DNA from: an uncultured Fibrobacter sp.
GTDB lineage: Bacteria; Fibrobacterota; Fibrobacteria; Fibrobacterales; Fibrobacteraceae
DNA: 64,000 nucleotides
Reading direction: 5' to 3'
Assembly (NCBI GenBank): GCA_946414075.1
Contig: CAMKNA010000008.1
Coordinates: 7,687-71,686 of the forward strand
Shown one piece after another: positions 9,288 to 18,474 of this stretch (position 1 is its first letter; every line of letters starts with the position of its first letter). A program made the position numbers and the translations under genes. The notes below the pieces were generated by a model that saw only the letters and a list, made by a program, of their open reading frames with translations, was not told the DNA's origin and did no database searches.

Positions 9288-10154
9288 ATGATGTACAAGA
9301 AGGTGGCAGTTGTTGTGGAAGGCGGCGGCATGCGCGGCGCCTACACAGGGGGCATTCTGGATGTCTTCAACGAGCTGGGACTACGCTTTGGCGGTGCCTG
9401 CGGCACCTCTGCCGGCGTGACCCACCTGTGCAGTTTCTTGTCGGAACAGATTGGCCGTAACTTCCGCATCGATACAGTGCATTCCAAGTCCAGCAAGTAC
9501 ATGGGCTGGGGAAACCTGATTCGCACCGGTGAGTTTTTTGAGGTGGACTACTGTTACCGTCAGATCCCCTACGAGATTGACCCCTTCGACATGGAAAGGT
9601 TTGCCGAGGCCTGCCAGGCCACGGAGTTTTACGCCTGCAGCTCGAACCTGGAAACGGGTGGCGCGGAATACCTGCGGGTTATGGATTATCGCGAAGAGCA
9701 CGACATGAATGTGATTCGTGCCTCGGCATCGCTCCCGCTGATGAGCCACATCGTTGAGCTGGACGGCATGAAACTTTTAGACGGCGGTGTCGCTGACAGC
9801 ATTCCTTTCGAGATTATGGAGAAGAAGGGTTTCGAGAAAATCGTAATCCTGTTGACCCAGCCAGAAGGGTTCCGCAAGAAGCCCAATTCCATGATTCCCT
9901 TGTTCAAGCTGTTCTACCGCAAGTACCCGAAGTTCATCGAGGCGGCGGCCAATAGGCACGAGCGTTACAACGCCTGCCTGGACCTGATTGCCGAAAAGGA
10001 AAAAGCGGGGAAGGTATTTGTGTTCCGGCCCAGCGAGGCCATGCACATTTCCCGCTTGGAAAAGGACAAGTCCAAGCTGGTGGAGCTGTACAATCTGGGC
10101 CGTAAGGATGTGAACGCCCGCATGGACGCCCTGCTGAACTTCTTGGAAAAGTAA
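9288..10154 (+). CDS. Patatin-like phospholipase family protein
   Basis: EGGGMRG, GTSAG, DGG motifs. Confidence 0.93.
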   Translation: MMYKKVAVVVEGGGMRGAYTGGILDVFNELGLRFGGACGTSAGVTHLCSFLSEQIGRNFRIDTVHSKSSKYMGWGNLIRTGEFFEVDYCYRQIPYEIDPFDMERFAEACQATEFYACSSNLETGGAEYLRVMDYREEHDMNVIRASASLPLMSHIVELDGMKLLDGGVADSIPFEIMEKKGFEKIVILLTQPEGFRKKPNSMIPLFKLFYRKYPKFIEAAANRHERYNACLDLIAEKEKAGKVFVFRPSEAMHISRLEKDKSKLVELYNLGRKDVNARMDALLNFLEK

Positions 10155-10163
10155 TTCGATTTT

Positions 10164-10400
10164 ATGTCCATCGCAGAGAAAGGCCGGCGCTACCGCCATT
10201 ACAAGAAAGAGACCATGGTTTACACTGTGGTGGAGATTGCCCTGGACTGCGAGACGGTGGAGCCCCTGGTGGTGTACCGCAGCGAATACGAGACGCCCGG
10301 CCACCCCAAGGGAACGCTTTGGGTCCGCCGTAAGGCCGACTTTGAAAGTACGGTGACGCTGCCTGACGGCCGCATCGTGGAGCGGTTCACTCTTTTGTAA
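10164..10400 (+). CDS. DUF1653 family small protein
   Basis: YRHYK..Y.V..A.D.ET.E.LVVY..LWVR..F..RF pattern. Confidence 0.85.
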   Translation: MSIAEKGRRYRHYKKETMVYTVVEIALDCETVEPLVVYRSEYETPGHPKGTLWVRRKADFESTVTLPDGRIVERFTLL

Positions 10401-10427
10401 TAAAGGCTCGCGCCGTCATTATCCTGA

Positions 10428-11918
10428 TTACGGCAGCATCTTGCCGGTTTCGAGATAGCGGTTGTGCATCTCGAAGGCCCGGCTCAGCGCAAGGGGCATG
10501 TGCACGCCCTTGGCGTGCTTTAGGCTGTATTCCAGGAAGTCGGTGAGCGGTTCCTTGAAATCGGGATGGGCGCAGTTCTTGATGATGAGTCGTGCGCGCT
10601 CTTCAGAAGCGAGCCCGCGCAAGTCCGCAAGGCCCTGCTCTGTCACGAAAATCTGGGTGTCGTGCTCCGTCTGGTCTACATGGCTCACATAGGGCACGAT
10701 GCTGGAAATGGCGCCGCCCTTGGCCACCGACGGTGTCAAGAAGAATCCCAGCGCGCAGTTCCTAGCAAAGTCGGCGGCGCCGCCGATGCCGTTCATCATG
10801 GAAGACCCGCACACCAGAGAGCTGTTCACATTTCCAAAAATATCCGCTTCCAGAGCGGTGTTCATGGAGATGACGCCAATACGGCGGATGACATCGGGAC
10901 TGTTGCTCACTTCTTGCTGCCGGATGATAAAATGCTTTTTCCATTCCGCTGCATTATGGATAAACTCGTCTTGTGCGCCTTGGGAAAGCGTTAGAGCTGT
11001 TCCCGAGGCAATACCCAGCTTGCCTTTTTTAAGCAGGGGGATGACCGCTTCTTGGATGACTTCAGTAAAGATGTCGATCTGGCCCAAGCGTTCGTCGTTT
11101 GCCATGGCGGTAAGAACGGCGTTTGCCACCTTGCCTACGCCGCTCTGGTAGGCCATGCCCTTAGGGAGTCTGCCTTTGGATTCTTCGAAGCGGATAAAGT
11201 CCAGGATACGTTCAGCGATGTTGGTGGATACGCTGTCGGGCTCTACGAAAGGTGTCACCTCGTCGAAGCCGTCGTTCTCTACGATGGCCACCACCTTGTT
11301 CGGGTCGATCTTTACAAGGTCGGCGCCCACGCGGTCCCCTGCGCTGTAGATGGGGAGCGGTTTCGCGTGGGGCGGAAGTTCCGGCAGGGCGATGTCGTGG
11401 ATGCCCATGTAGCTGTCTCCCAGACGGGTGTTCAGTTCCAGGATAATCTTTTTAGCCCGTTCCAGGTAGCAGACGGAATTTCCGCCGGAGGTAGAAAGGC
11501 AGACGTGGCCGTCGGGCAGAATGGCGCTTACCTCGATGATGGCGACGCCCGGCGTAGGCACAGCGCCGGTGCGCACCAGGTAACCCATCTTTCCCAGGTG
11601 GGCGTCGATGTAGCGGATGGAACCGTCGTTGATAGACTTGCGGAGGCTTGGATTGCTCTGGTAGGGCATGCGCAGGTCGATGGCGCCTGCACGGGCCAGT
11701 GCGCCATCGCAGCTGTCGCCGGTGGAAGCTCCCGAGAACAGGGACACCTTGAAGGGCTTGCCTTCGCCATGGAGCTTTTCGGCTCGCGCCGCCAGGGCCA
11801 GGGGAACCGCCTTGGGGTAGCCTGCCAGTGTGAATCCTGAAACGCCTAGAATATCGCCGTCTTCGATCATTGCCGCGGCGTCGGCCGCTGAACACTTTCT
11901 GCTTGCAATCCAGTCCAT
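10428..11918 (-). CDS. Acetyl-CoA hydrolase / succinate CoA-transferase family
   Basis: SGFTLAGYPKAVP, QSGVG, EVIQE, NGIGGAADFARN, VTEQGLADLRG. Confidence 0.93.
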   Translation of the reverse strand: MDWIASRKCSAADAAAMIEDGDILGVSGFTLAGYPKAVPLALAARAEKLHGEGKPFKVSLFSGASTGDSCDGALARAGAIDLRMPYQSNPSLRKSINDGSIRYIDAHLGKMGYLVRTGAVPTPGVAIIEVSAILPDGHVCLSTSGGNSVCYLERAKKIILELNTRLGDSYMGIHDIALPELPPHAKPLPIYSAGDRVGADLVKIDPNKVVAIVENDGFDEVTPFVEPDSVSTNIAERILDFIRFEESKGRLPKGMAYQSGVGKVANAVLTAMANDERLGQIDIFTEVIQEAVIPLLKKGKLGIASGTALTLSQGAQDEFIHNAAEWKKHFIIRQQEVSNSPDVIRRIGVISMNTALEADIFGNVNSSLVCGSSMMNGIGGAADFARNCALGFFLTPSVAKGGAISSIVPYVSHVDQTEHDTQIFVTEQGLADLRGLASEERARLIIKNCAHPDFKEPLTDFLEYSLKHAKGVHMPLALSRAFEMHNRYLETGKMLP

Positions 11919-11949
11919 GACATAAAAGTAGATAATCTATATTCTTGTC

Positions 11950-12372
11950 GTGATACACTTTCTCAAGTACAACATCATCGGAGTGTTGAACACGCTTATC
12001 ACCCTTGCGGTGGTCTGGGTTTTACACCAGATGCTGGACTGGAATGTGGAGCTTTCCAACTTTCTCGGGTTTGTTGCCGGCGGTTGCAATAGCTACCTGT
12101 GCAACCGCGTCTGGAATTTCAAGAGCCACAACAAGAAGCGCAGCGAAGTCGTCCGCTTTGTAGTGGTGTTCCTGGTCTCTTATGGTGTGAACCTGTTGGT
12201 GCTGGAGGCGACCGCCTATATGCTTGCAAGCGCCGCCTGGTGCGCAGGCTTTACCACATGGATTTCGCAGTTCATGAAACCCACCTACTTTGCCAACATC
12301 GTGGCCAATGTGGTGTATGTGCTGGTAAGCTTTACGCTTTACAAGAAGTGGGTGTTCAAGAATAATTCTTGA
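11950..12372 (+). CDS. GtrA family membrane protein (putative Und-P-sugar flippase)
   Basis: FLKYNIIGVLNT, SYLCNRVWNFKS, KKWVF; four TM segments; GTG start. Confidence 0.88.
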   Translation: MIHFLKYNIIGVLNTLITLAVVWVLHQMLDWNVELSNFLGFVAGGCNSYLCNRVWNFKSHNKKRSEVVRFVVVFLVSYGVNLLVLEATAYMLASAAWCAGFTTWISQFMKPTYFANIVANVVYVLVSFTLYKKWVFKNNS

Positions 12373-13315
12373 ACCAATCGGCAAAGGCCTTGATGCCTGT
12401 ATCTAGATCGGTATTGGCTGTATAGCCGACTTCCTTTTCTAGCGCGACCGTATCGGCCCAGGTGACTTCTACATCGCCCGGTTGCATGGGCATGTAAATC
12501 TTTTCGGCGGTCTTTCCAAGGTGCTTCTCGAGAGTCTGCACAAAGTCCAGTAGGTTCACCGGGTTGCCGTGCCCGATGTTGTAAAGCTTGTTCTCGTCTT
12601 TTCCGACACCGGATTCGTAGACACGGACCACGCCTTGGGCGATATCGTCGATGTAGGTGAAGTCCCGCATCATGTTGCCGTTGTTGAAAATCTTGATGGG
12701 CTTGTCGTGCAAGATGGCATCGGCAAACAGCCAGGGCGCCATGTCGGGCCTGCCCCAGGGGCCGTAGACGGTAAAGAACCGAAGCCCCGTGGCGTTAATC
12801 TTGTAAAGGTGGTGGTAGGTTTCCGCCATCAGTTCATTGCTACGCTTGGTGGCGGCGTACAGGCTAGAAGGCATGCAGACCGGGTCTTCGGTAGCAAAGG
12901 GCGTCTTGGTGTTGCGCCCGTAGACGCTGCTGGAAGAAGCGTAGGTCAGGTGCTCCACCGGGTTGAACCGGCAGCCTTCCAAGATGTTCAGGAATCCAGT
13001 GATGTTGCTGTCGATGTAGGCCTGCGGGTTTACCAGGCTGTAGCGGACGCCTGCCTGGGCCCCCAGATGGATGACGCCGTCGAAATGTTCCCGCTCAAAG
13101 AGTCCCTTGACGGCGGCGGCATCGGCAAGGTCCATCTTTTCGAACCGGAAGTCTTCGTGGTCTAGACGTTTTAGGCGGTCTTGCTTGAGACTTACCTGGT
13201 AGTAGTCGTTCAGGTTGTCGATGCCCACCACCTGATAGCCCTTGGCTAAGAGGATCAATGAAACTTCACAACCGATAAAGCCCGCGGCACCTGTAACCAG
13301 GATTTTTTTAGACAT
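12356..13315 (-). CDS. NAD-dependent epimerase (UDP-glucuronate 4-epimerase-like)
   Basis: TGAAGFIG, AQAGVRYS, YAATK, GLRFFTVYGPWGRPDMA. Confidence 0.93.
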   Translation of the reverse strand: MSKKILVTGAAGFIGCEVSLILLAKGYQVVGIDNLNDYYQVSLKQDRLKRLDHEDFRFEKMDLADAAAVKGLFEREHFDGVIHLGAQAGVRYSLVNPQAYIDSNITGFLNILEGCRFNPVEHLTYASSSSVYGRNTKTPFATEDPVCMPSSLYAATKRSNELMAETYHHLYKINATGLRFFTVYGPWGRPDMAPWLFADAILHDKPIKIFNNGNMMRDFTYIDDIAQGVVRVYESGVGKDENKLYNIGHGNPVNLLDFVQTLEKHLGKTAEKIYMPMQPGDVEVTWADTVALEKEVGYTANTDLDTGIKAFADWFKNYS

Positions 13316-13347
13316 CGCGCAAACCTCTAATTACTTTTCAAAGATAA

Positions 13348-13376
13348 AAAAAGACGGTCACGAAGACCGCCTTTTT
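13348..13376 (-). terminator. Intrinsic terminator after the OmpA-family gene
   Basis: AAAAAGACGGTC-ACGAA-GACCGCCTTTTT. Confidence 0.75.
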
Positions 13377-13393
13377 ACTTCAAAGGGATTTGT

Positions 13394-15691
13394 TTACTTC
13401 TCGAAAGGAACCAGTTCCACGCGGCGGTTCTGCTTGCGGCCGTGCTTGCTGCCGTTGCTGGCGATGGGCTTTTCGCTACCGTAGCCAACGGCACGGAGAC
13501 GGCTGGAGTCGACGCCTTGCTGGATGAAGTAATCCACCACGGCCTGGGCGCGTGCCTGGGAAAGTTCCTTGTTCTTTTCTTCCTTGCCCACATTGTCGGT
13601 GTGGCCCTGGACTTCCAGGTTAGAAGAAGGAATCTGCTTCAGGAGAGCCACAATGTCGTTCAGGGTGCCGTAGCTGTCCTTGGTGAACTTGGTGGAGTTG
13701 GTCTGGAACTGGATGCCCTGTTTCAGCTTGTTCAGGTCCTGCTTCTTGTCAAGCGGGCAACCCTTGGCATCCACCTTCACGCCTTCGAGGGTGTAGGGGC
13801 ACTTGTCCAGATGGTCGGGCACGCCGTCATGGTCGATGTCCATGGGGCAGCCTGTGCTATCCACAGAGATATCCTTTTCGGTGTTGGGACACTTGTCCAG
13901 GCCGTCGAACACGCCGTCCTTGTCGGTGTCAATGGGGCAGCCGGTGCTATCTACGACGGTGCCTTCCTTGGTGTTGGGGCACTTGTCCAGGTCGTCGGCT
14001 ACGCCGTCCTTGTCGAAGTCGGAGACACAGCCCGTGCTGTCTACAGAAGAACCTTCTGGAGTGTTGGGGCACTTGTCCAGAGCGTCGGGTACGCCATCCT
14101 TGTCGGCATCGGCGGTACAACCGGTGCTGTCAACGGGCATGCCGGCCTTGGTGTTGGGGCACTTGTCCTGGGCGTCGGGCACGCCATCGCCGTCGCGGTC
14201 GCCTTCGCAACCATCGGCGTTCACTTCGGCGCCTTCAGTGGTTCCCGGGCACTTGTCCAGAGCGTCGGGCACGCCGTCCTTGTCGCTGTCGGCGGCACAG
14301 CCGGTGCTATCCACAGGTATGCCGGCCTTGGTGTTGGGGCAGCGGTCGTCGGCATCGGGAATGCCGTCCTTGTCAAAGTCGCTTTCGCATCCGGTGGCGT
14401 CAATCTGGCGGCCTTCCTTAGTATTGGGGCACTTGTCCAGACCGTCAGGCACGCCATCCTTGTCGGTGTCCATGGGGCAACCCACGGAATCCACCGTTAC
14501 GCCGGCAGCCGTGTTCGGGCAGTTGTCGATTCCGTCAGGCACGCCGTCCTTGTCGGTATCCAGGGGGCAACCCACGGAATCCACCTTCACGCCAGCCAAA
14601 GTATGCAGGCACTTGTCCTTGGAATCGGACACGCCATCCTTGTCCTCGTCCTTCTTCTTGGTTGCCTTTTTGGCGTCAAAGTGCCAGGTGAGGGAAGCCG
14701 TGCCGGCGTAGAGCGGTGTCGGTGTATAGTAGTAGGTGCTGATCTTGCCATCTTCGTCTGCGTACTTGAGTTTGTAATCCTTGCTGTGCTCCATTTCCTT
14801 GTCGCCGTCGAAGGTGAAGTTCCTGAGAGCGCGGACGGCTACATCAAGACCCATGGCGAAGTCGATGTTGAAGGGCAGGTGGAGACGGATACCGGGCGTC
14901 AGCAACATGGGGTCCACAAGGGGGCTGCGGGGGTAGCCGGTCTCTTCGACGCGGAATTCGCCAGAGAATTCCACAAAGAAATCAAGCAGGTCCATGGGCA
15001 TCACATTGACGCCGGTGGCATAGACAAAGGTGACCGGCAGGTCGTGGTCCATGGTATAGACAATTCCGCCATTGCCGTTCCAACGGACGGGGATGCCTAT
15101 ATTGACCAGGTCCATGGTAAGGATCAGGTTGGCCCCCATGCCAAACGCATTGGAGGTGAAGGGGTGTGTTACGCCCTTGCTGTTCAGGTACCAGGCATGA
15201 CGGGGACGCACACCGGCCGACTCCTCGCCGGAGGGGACATAGGCGTCGACCTGGATAGCCGTGGAGAATACGGACTTGTCGTTGCCAAAGGCCATGCGCA
15301 CCTTGAACCAGACATTCAAATCGCCGCGGCTCGTAGTCCACATGTTGCTGGCACCGGAGGGACCATCAGATTCGCCATGTTCGTAGTAGAGTGGCAGGGA
15401 CATACCCAAGTCCACCATGCTGTAAAGACCGACAGAGGCGTTGATGTTGCCGGAAAGGGAAGGGGCTAGGTCGGAGAACCCATAAGTCTTGCCGTTTGGT
15501 GCCGTATAGTTACCGCCACGGCTCAAGGACCAGGCGTCAAGGGCGATGTTACCGCCTGTACCGATGGAGAATCCGAGCTGGCCGTGGGTCTTGGTGTTAT
15601 ACTGGTGAATACCATCAGAGCCACCCTGGATGCCCGCCTGCGCAAACGCAAGGCTACAAGCGAGAAATGACAGAGTTATTATCTTTTTCAT
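13394..15691 (-). CDS. OmpA family protein: N-terminal barrel-like region, ten thrombospondin type-3 repeats, C-terminal OmpA peptidoglycan-binding domain
   Basis: Signal peptide; 10 x 30-aa DxDxDGVxDxxDxCP..GC repeats; GHTDN..N..LS..RA..V and NRRVE. Confidence 0.93.
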   Translation of the reverse strand: MKKIITLSFLACSLAFAQAGIQGGSDGIHQYNTKTHGQLGFSIGTGGNIALDAWSLSRGGNYTAPNGKTYGFSDLAPSLSGNINASVGLYSMVDLGMSLPLYYEHGESDGPSGASNMWTTSRGDLNVWFKVRMAFGNDKSVFSTAIQVDAYVPSGEESAGVRPRHAWYLNSKGVTHPFTSNAFGMGANLILTMDLVNIGIPVRWNGNGGIVYTMDHDLPVTFVYATGVNVMPMDLLDFFVEFSGEFRVEETGYPRSPLVDPMLLTPGIRLHLPFNIDFAMGLDVAVRALRNFTFDGDKEMEHSKDYKLKYADEDGKISTYYYTPTPLYAGTASLTWHFDAKKATKKKDEDKDGVSDSKDKCLHTLAGVKVDSVGCPLDTDKDGVPDGIDNCPNTAAGVTVDSVGCPMDTDKDGVPDGLDKCPNTKEGRQIDATGCESDFDKDGIPDADDRCPNTKAGIPVDSTGCAADSDKDGVPDALDKCPGTTEGAEVNADGCEGDRDGDGVPDAQDKCPNTKAGMPVDSTGCTADADKDGVPDALDKCPNTPEGSSVDSTGCVSDFDKDGVADDLDKCPNTKEGTVVDSTGCPIDTDKDGVFDGLDKCPNTEKDISVDSTGCPMDIDHDGVPDHLDKCPYTLEGVKVDAKGCPLDKKQDLNKLKQGIQFQTNSTKFTKDSYGTLNDIVALLKQIPSSNLEVQGHTDNVGKEEKNKELSQARAQAVVDYFIQQGVDSSRLRAVGYGSEKPIASNGSKHGRKQNRRVELVPFEK
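13755..14655 (-). repeat. Ten degenerate 90-bp coding repeats (TSP3)
   Basis: Recurrent GGGCACTTGTCC..ACGCCGTCCTTGTC with 90-bp period. Confidence 0.9.
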
Positions 15692-15766
15692 GAATAATCC
15701 CCTAGAATTGTAACTTTACGAAAATAATAGCAACTTAAGGGGAATTACGGGAATCAAAACTAGGTC

Positions 15767-16519
15767 ATGACGGATAAATTGCCGATTCTTTCCATAGAAA
15801 ACTTGCGTAGGGACTTCAAGATGGGCTCTGAGACGGTTCACGCCTTGCGGGGAGTGTCCTTCGACATCTATCCCGGGGAATTCGTGACCATTATGGGAAC
15901 CAGCGGTTCGGGCAAGTCCACCATGCTGAACATATTGGGCTGCATGGACAAGCCTACCTCGGGCCACTATATTCTGGACAGCCAGCACACCGAAAGGCTC
16001 TCCCGAGACGCCCTGGCCCGCATCCGTGGCCAAAAAATCGGATTTGTCTTCCAGAACTACAACCTGCTTTCCCGCACCACCGCCATCGAGAATGTGGAAC
16101 TGCCCCTGCTTTACAATTCGGGAGTGTCTTCGGCGGAACGGCACCGCCGGGCGTTGGACGCGCTGGAGATGGTAGGCCTGGCCGACCGCATGAACCACCT
16201 GCCCAGCCAGCTTTCCGGTGGGCAGCAGCAGCGGGTGGCCATCGCTCGGGCCCTGGTAAACGACCCGGTGATTATTTTGGCCGACGAAGCCACGGGTAAT
16301 CTGGATACCCGGACCAGCTACGAAATCATGATGATTTTCCAGGAGCTTCACAGGCAGGGGAAAACCATCGCCTTCGTGACCCACGAACCCGACATTGCCA
16401 CTTTCAGCGAGCGGACCATCACCTTGCGGGACGGGCTGCTAAAAAAAGACGAAACTCACGAGATGCAAGACGCGAAGGCCGCTTTTGAGGCCTTGCCACC
16501 GCCGGAAACGTATGACTAA
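15767..16519 (+). CDS. ABC ATP-binding protein, MacB/LolD type
   Basis: [43 protein letters not shown]. Confidence 0.92.
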   Translation: MTDKLPILSIENLRRDFKMGSETVHALRGVSFDIYPGEFVTIMGTSGSGKSTMLNILGCMDKPTSGHYILDSQHTERLSRDALARIRGQKIGFVFQNYNLLSRTTAIENVELPLLYNSGVSSAERHRRALDALEMVGLADRMNHLPSQLSGGQQQRVAIARALVNDPVIILADEATGNLDTRTSYEIMMIFQELHRQGKTIAFVTHEPDIATFSERTITLRDGLLKKDETHEMQDAKAAFEALPPPETYD

Positions 16520-16529
16520 TGTGTAATTT

Positions 16530-17735
16530 ATGAACCCGCTTACCTTAGCAAAGATTGCCCTCCGGGCCCTGCTGCGTAACCGCATGCGCACCTTCCTCTC
16601 GGTGCTGGGTATCGTCATTGGCGTGGCGGCGGTCATTACCATGGTGGCCATGGGCGAAGGTTCCAGGCAGTCTATCAAGGAACAGATGACCAGCATGGGT
16701 ACCAACGCCATCATCATCATGCCCAACTGGAACAGGCGTGGCGGTGTGCAGGCGGAATCTTCCGAGATGCTGGAGGAAAAGGACCTGAATGCCATCCGGG
16801 AAAACGCCACCTACATCAATGGCGTATCCCCCATGATTACCGTGAGCGGCCAGGCCATTGTGGGGAACAACAATTCTCCCACTACCCTGAGCGGCATCTC
16901 CGCCGACTACCTCAAGATTCGCAACTACGAGATTGAGGACGGCGTGATGTTCGACGATGCCACGGACCGCATGGCCAAAGTCTGCGTTATAGGCCAGACG
17001 GTGGTGCAGAACCTCTTTGCTGGCGAGAATCCCATCGGCAAGACCATCCGCTACAAGAGCATCCCGCTGAAGGTTATCGGCACCCTGAAATCCAAGGGCT
17101 CCGGAGACTTTGGGCAAGACAACGACGATGTGATCTTTACGCCCTACCAGACCGTAATGCGCAGGTTTTCGGCCACCACCAACATCCGGCAGATCTACGC
17201 CAACTCCATCGGCGAAGGCTATGCCGAAAAGGCTACCGAAGAAATCATGAACATTTTGAAGGAACGCCGGAACTGGACCAAGCCCACGGACCCCTTCAGA
17301 GTCTTTACCCAAGAAGAGATGATCGAGATGGTCACTAGTACCTCGGACATGTTGGCCCTGGTCCTGACGGTCATCGCCGGCATTAGCCTGTTTGTAGGCG
17401 GCATAGGCATCATGAACATCATGTATGTGTCTGTCACGGAGCGCACCAAGGAAATTGGGCTCCGCATGGCCATAGGCGCCCGTGGGCGCGACATCTTGAT
17501 GCAGTTCCTGTTTGAGTCGGTGACCATTAGCCTTATGGGCGGGCTTATCGGCATCATTATCGGGGTGGCCGCCTCACAAATTGTAAAAACCGTCATGGGG
17601 TGGCCCATGATCGTGTCGTTTACCAGCGTGGTCATCAGTTTTGCCGTATGCTTTGCCACGGGGGTCTTTTTCGGGTGGTACCCGGCACGCAAGGCCAGCC
17701 GCCTTGACCCGATAGAGGCGTTGAGGTACGAGTAG
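16530..17735 (+). CDS. ABC permease, MacB/FtsX type
   Basis: LGIVIGVAAVI, GGIGIMNIMYVSVTERTKEIGLRMAIGA, PARKASRLDPIEALRYE. Confidence 0.94.
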   Translation: MNPLTLAKIALRALLRNRMRTFLSVLGIVIGVAAVITMVAMGEGSRQSIKEQMTSMGTNAIIIMPNWNRRGGVQAESSEMLEEKDLNAIRENATYINGVSPMITVSGQAIVGNNNSPTTLSGISADYLKIRNYEIEDGVMFDDATDRMAKVCVIGQTVVQNLFAGENPIGKTIRYKSIPLKVIGTLKSKGSGDFGQDNDDVIFTPYQTVMRRFSATTNIRQIYANSIGEGYAEKATEEIMNILKERRNWTKPTDPFRVFTQEEMIEMVTSTSDMLALVLTVIAGISLFVGGIGIMNIMYVSVTERTKEIGLRMAIGARGRDILMQFLFESVTISLMGGLIGIIIGVAASQIVKTVMGWPMIVSFTSVVISFAVCFATGVFFGWYPARKASRLDPIEALRYE

Positions 17736-17770
17736 CCCCCTTTGCCATTTTTGTTTACTATCTTAAAAGT

Positions 17771-18397
17771 ATGAACCTGCTCGAATTTCTAAAACCGATG
17801 CCGGTCGTGGGCATTCTCCGCGACATTCCTCAGGGGGCCGAAGAGGCCTGCGTAGAAACCGCCGCCAGGTGCGGACTCAAGGCCATCGAGGTGACCATGA
17901 ACACCGCTGGCGCCACCAGCATTATCAAGAAGCTCAAGGACTGCGCCGGGTCTTATGAAATTCTCGTAGGGGCGGGCACGGTTCGCCACGAAAGCGACCT
18001 GGAAAAGGCCGTGGCCGCCGGTGCCGAGTTTATCGTGACGCCCAACACCCGCAAAGAGATTGTGCGGCTGTCCAATACGGCAGGAATCCCCATTATTCCC
18101 GGAGCCCTTTCCCCTACCGAAGTGCAGAAAGCCTACGACCTAGGTGCCGCCGCCGTGAAGGTTTTTCCCGTGAACTGCGTAGGTGGACCGGAATACATCA
18201 AGGCGCTGCGCGGGCCCTTCCGGGACATTCCCCTGATGGCCTGCGGCGGCGTGAACCCGCAGAACGCCAAGGCCTACATGGAGGCGGGCGCGAACCTGAT
18301 TTCCTTTGGCGGGAGCATCTTCAACCCCACACTCATGGCAAGCGGCAACTGGGACGAAATAGAAATTCGCCTGACAGCGCTGCTGCAGGCGATATAG
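17771..18397 (+). CDS. eda: KDPG/KHG aldolase
   Basis: IEVTMN, VGAGTV, FIVTP, VKVFP, GPFRDIPLMACGGV. Confidence 0.88.
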   Translation: MNLLEFLKPMPVVGILRDIPQGAEEACVETAARCGLKAIEVTMNTAGATSIIKKLKDCAGSYEILVGAGTVRHESDLEKAVAAGAEFIVTPNTRKEIVRLSNTAGIPIIPGALSPTEVQKAYDLGAAAVKVFPVNCVGGPEYIKALRGPFRDIPLMACGGVNPQNAKAYMEAGANLISFGGSIFNPTLMASGNWDEIEIRLTALLQAI

Positions 18398-18426
18398 TTG
18401 CCGCTCAAAGAAAACTAAGCAAACAA

Positions 18427-18455
18427 AAAAGGCTCGGTCGTTGACCGAGTCTTTT
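18427..18455. terminator. Bidirectional terminator between eda and the FISUMP array
   Basis: AAAAGGCTCGGTC-GTT-GACCGAGTCTTTT between convergent genes. Confidence 0.85.
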
Positions 18456-18474
18456 GAATTTTCAGGGATGAAGG

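Noticed and set aside
13755-14655. Regularly spaced repeats resembling a CRISPR array
   Set aside because: They are in-frame degenerate 90-bp coding repeats (TSP3), and no cas genes are present.
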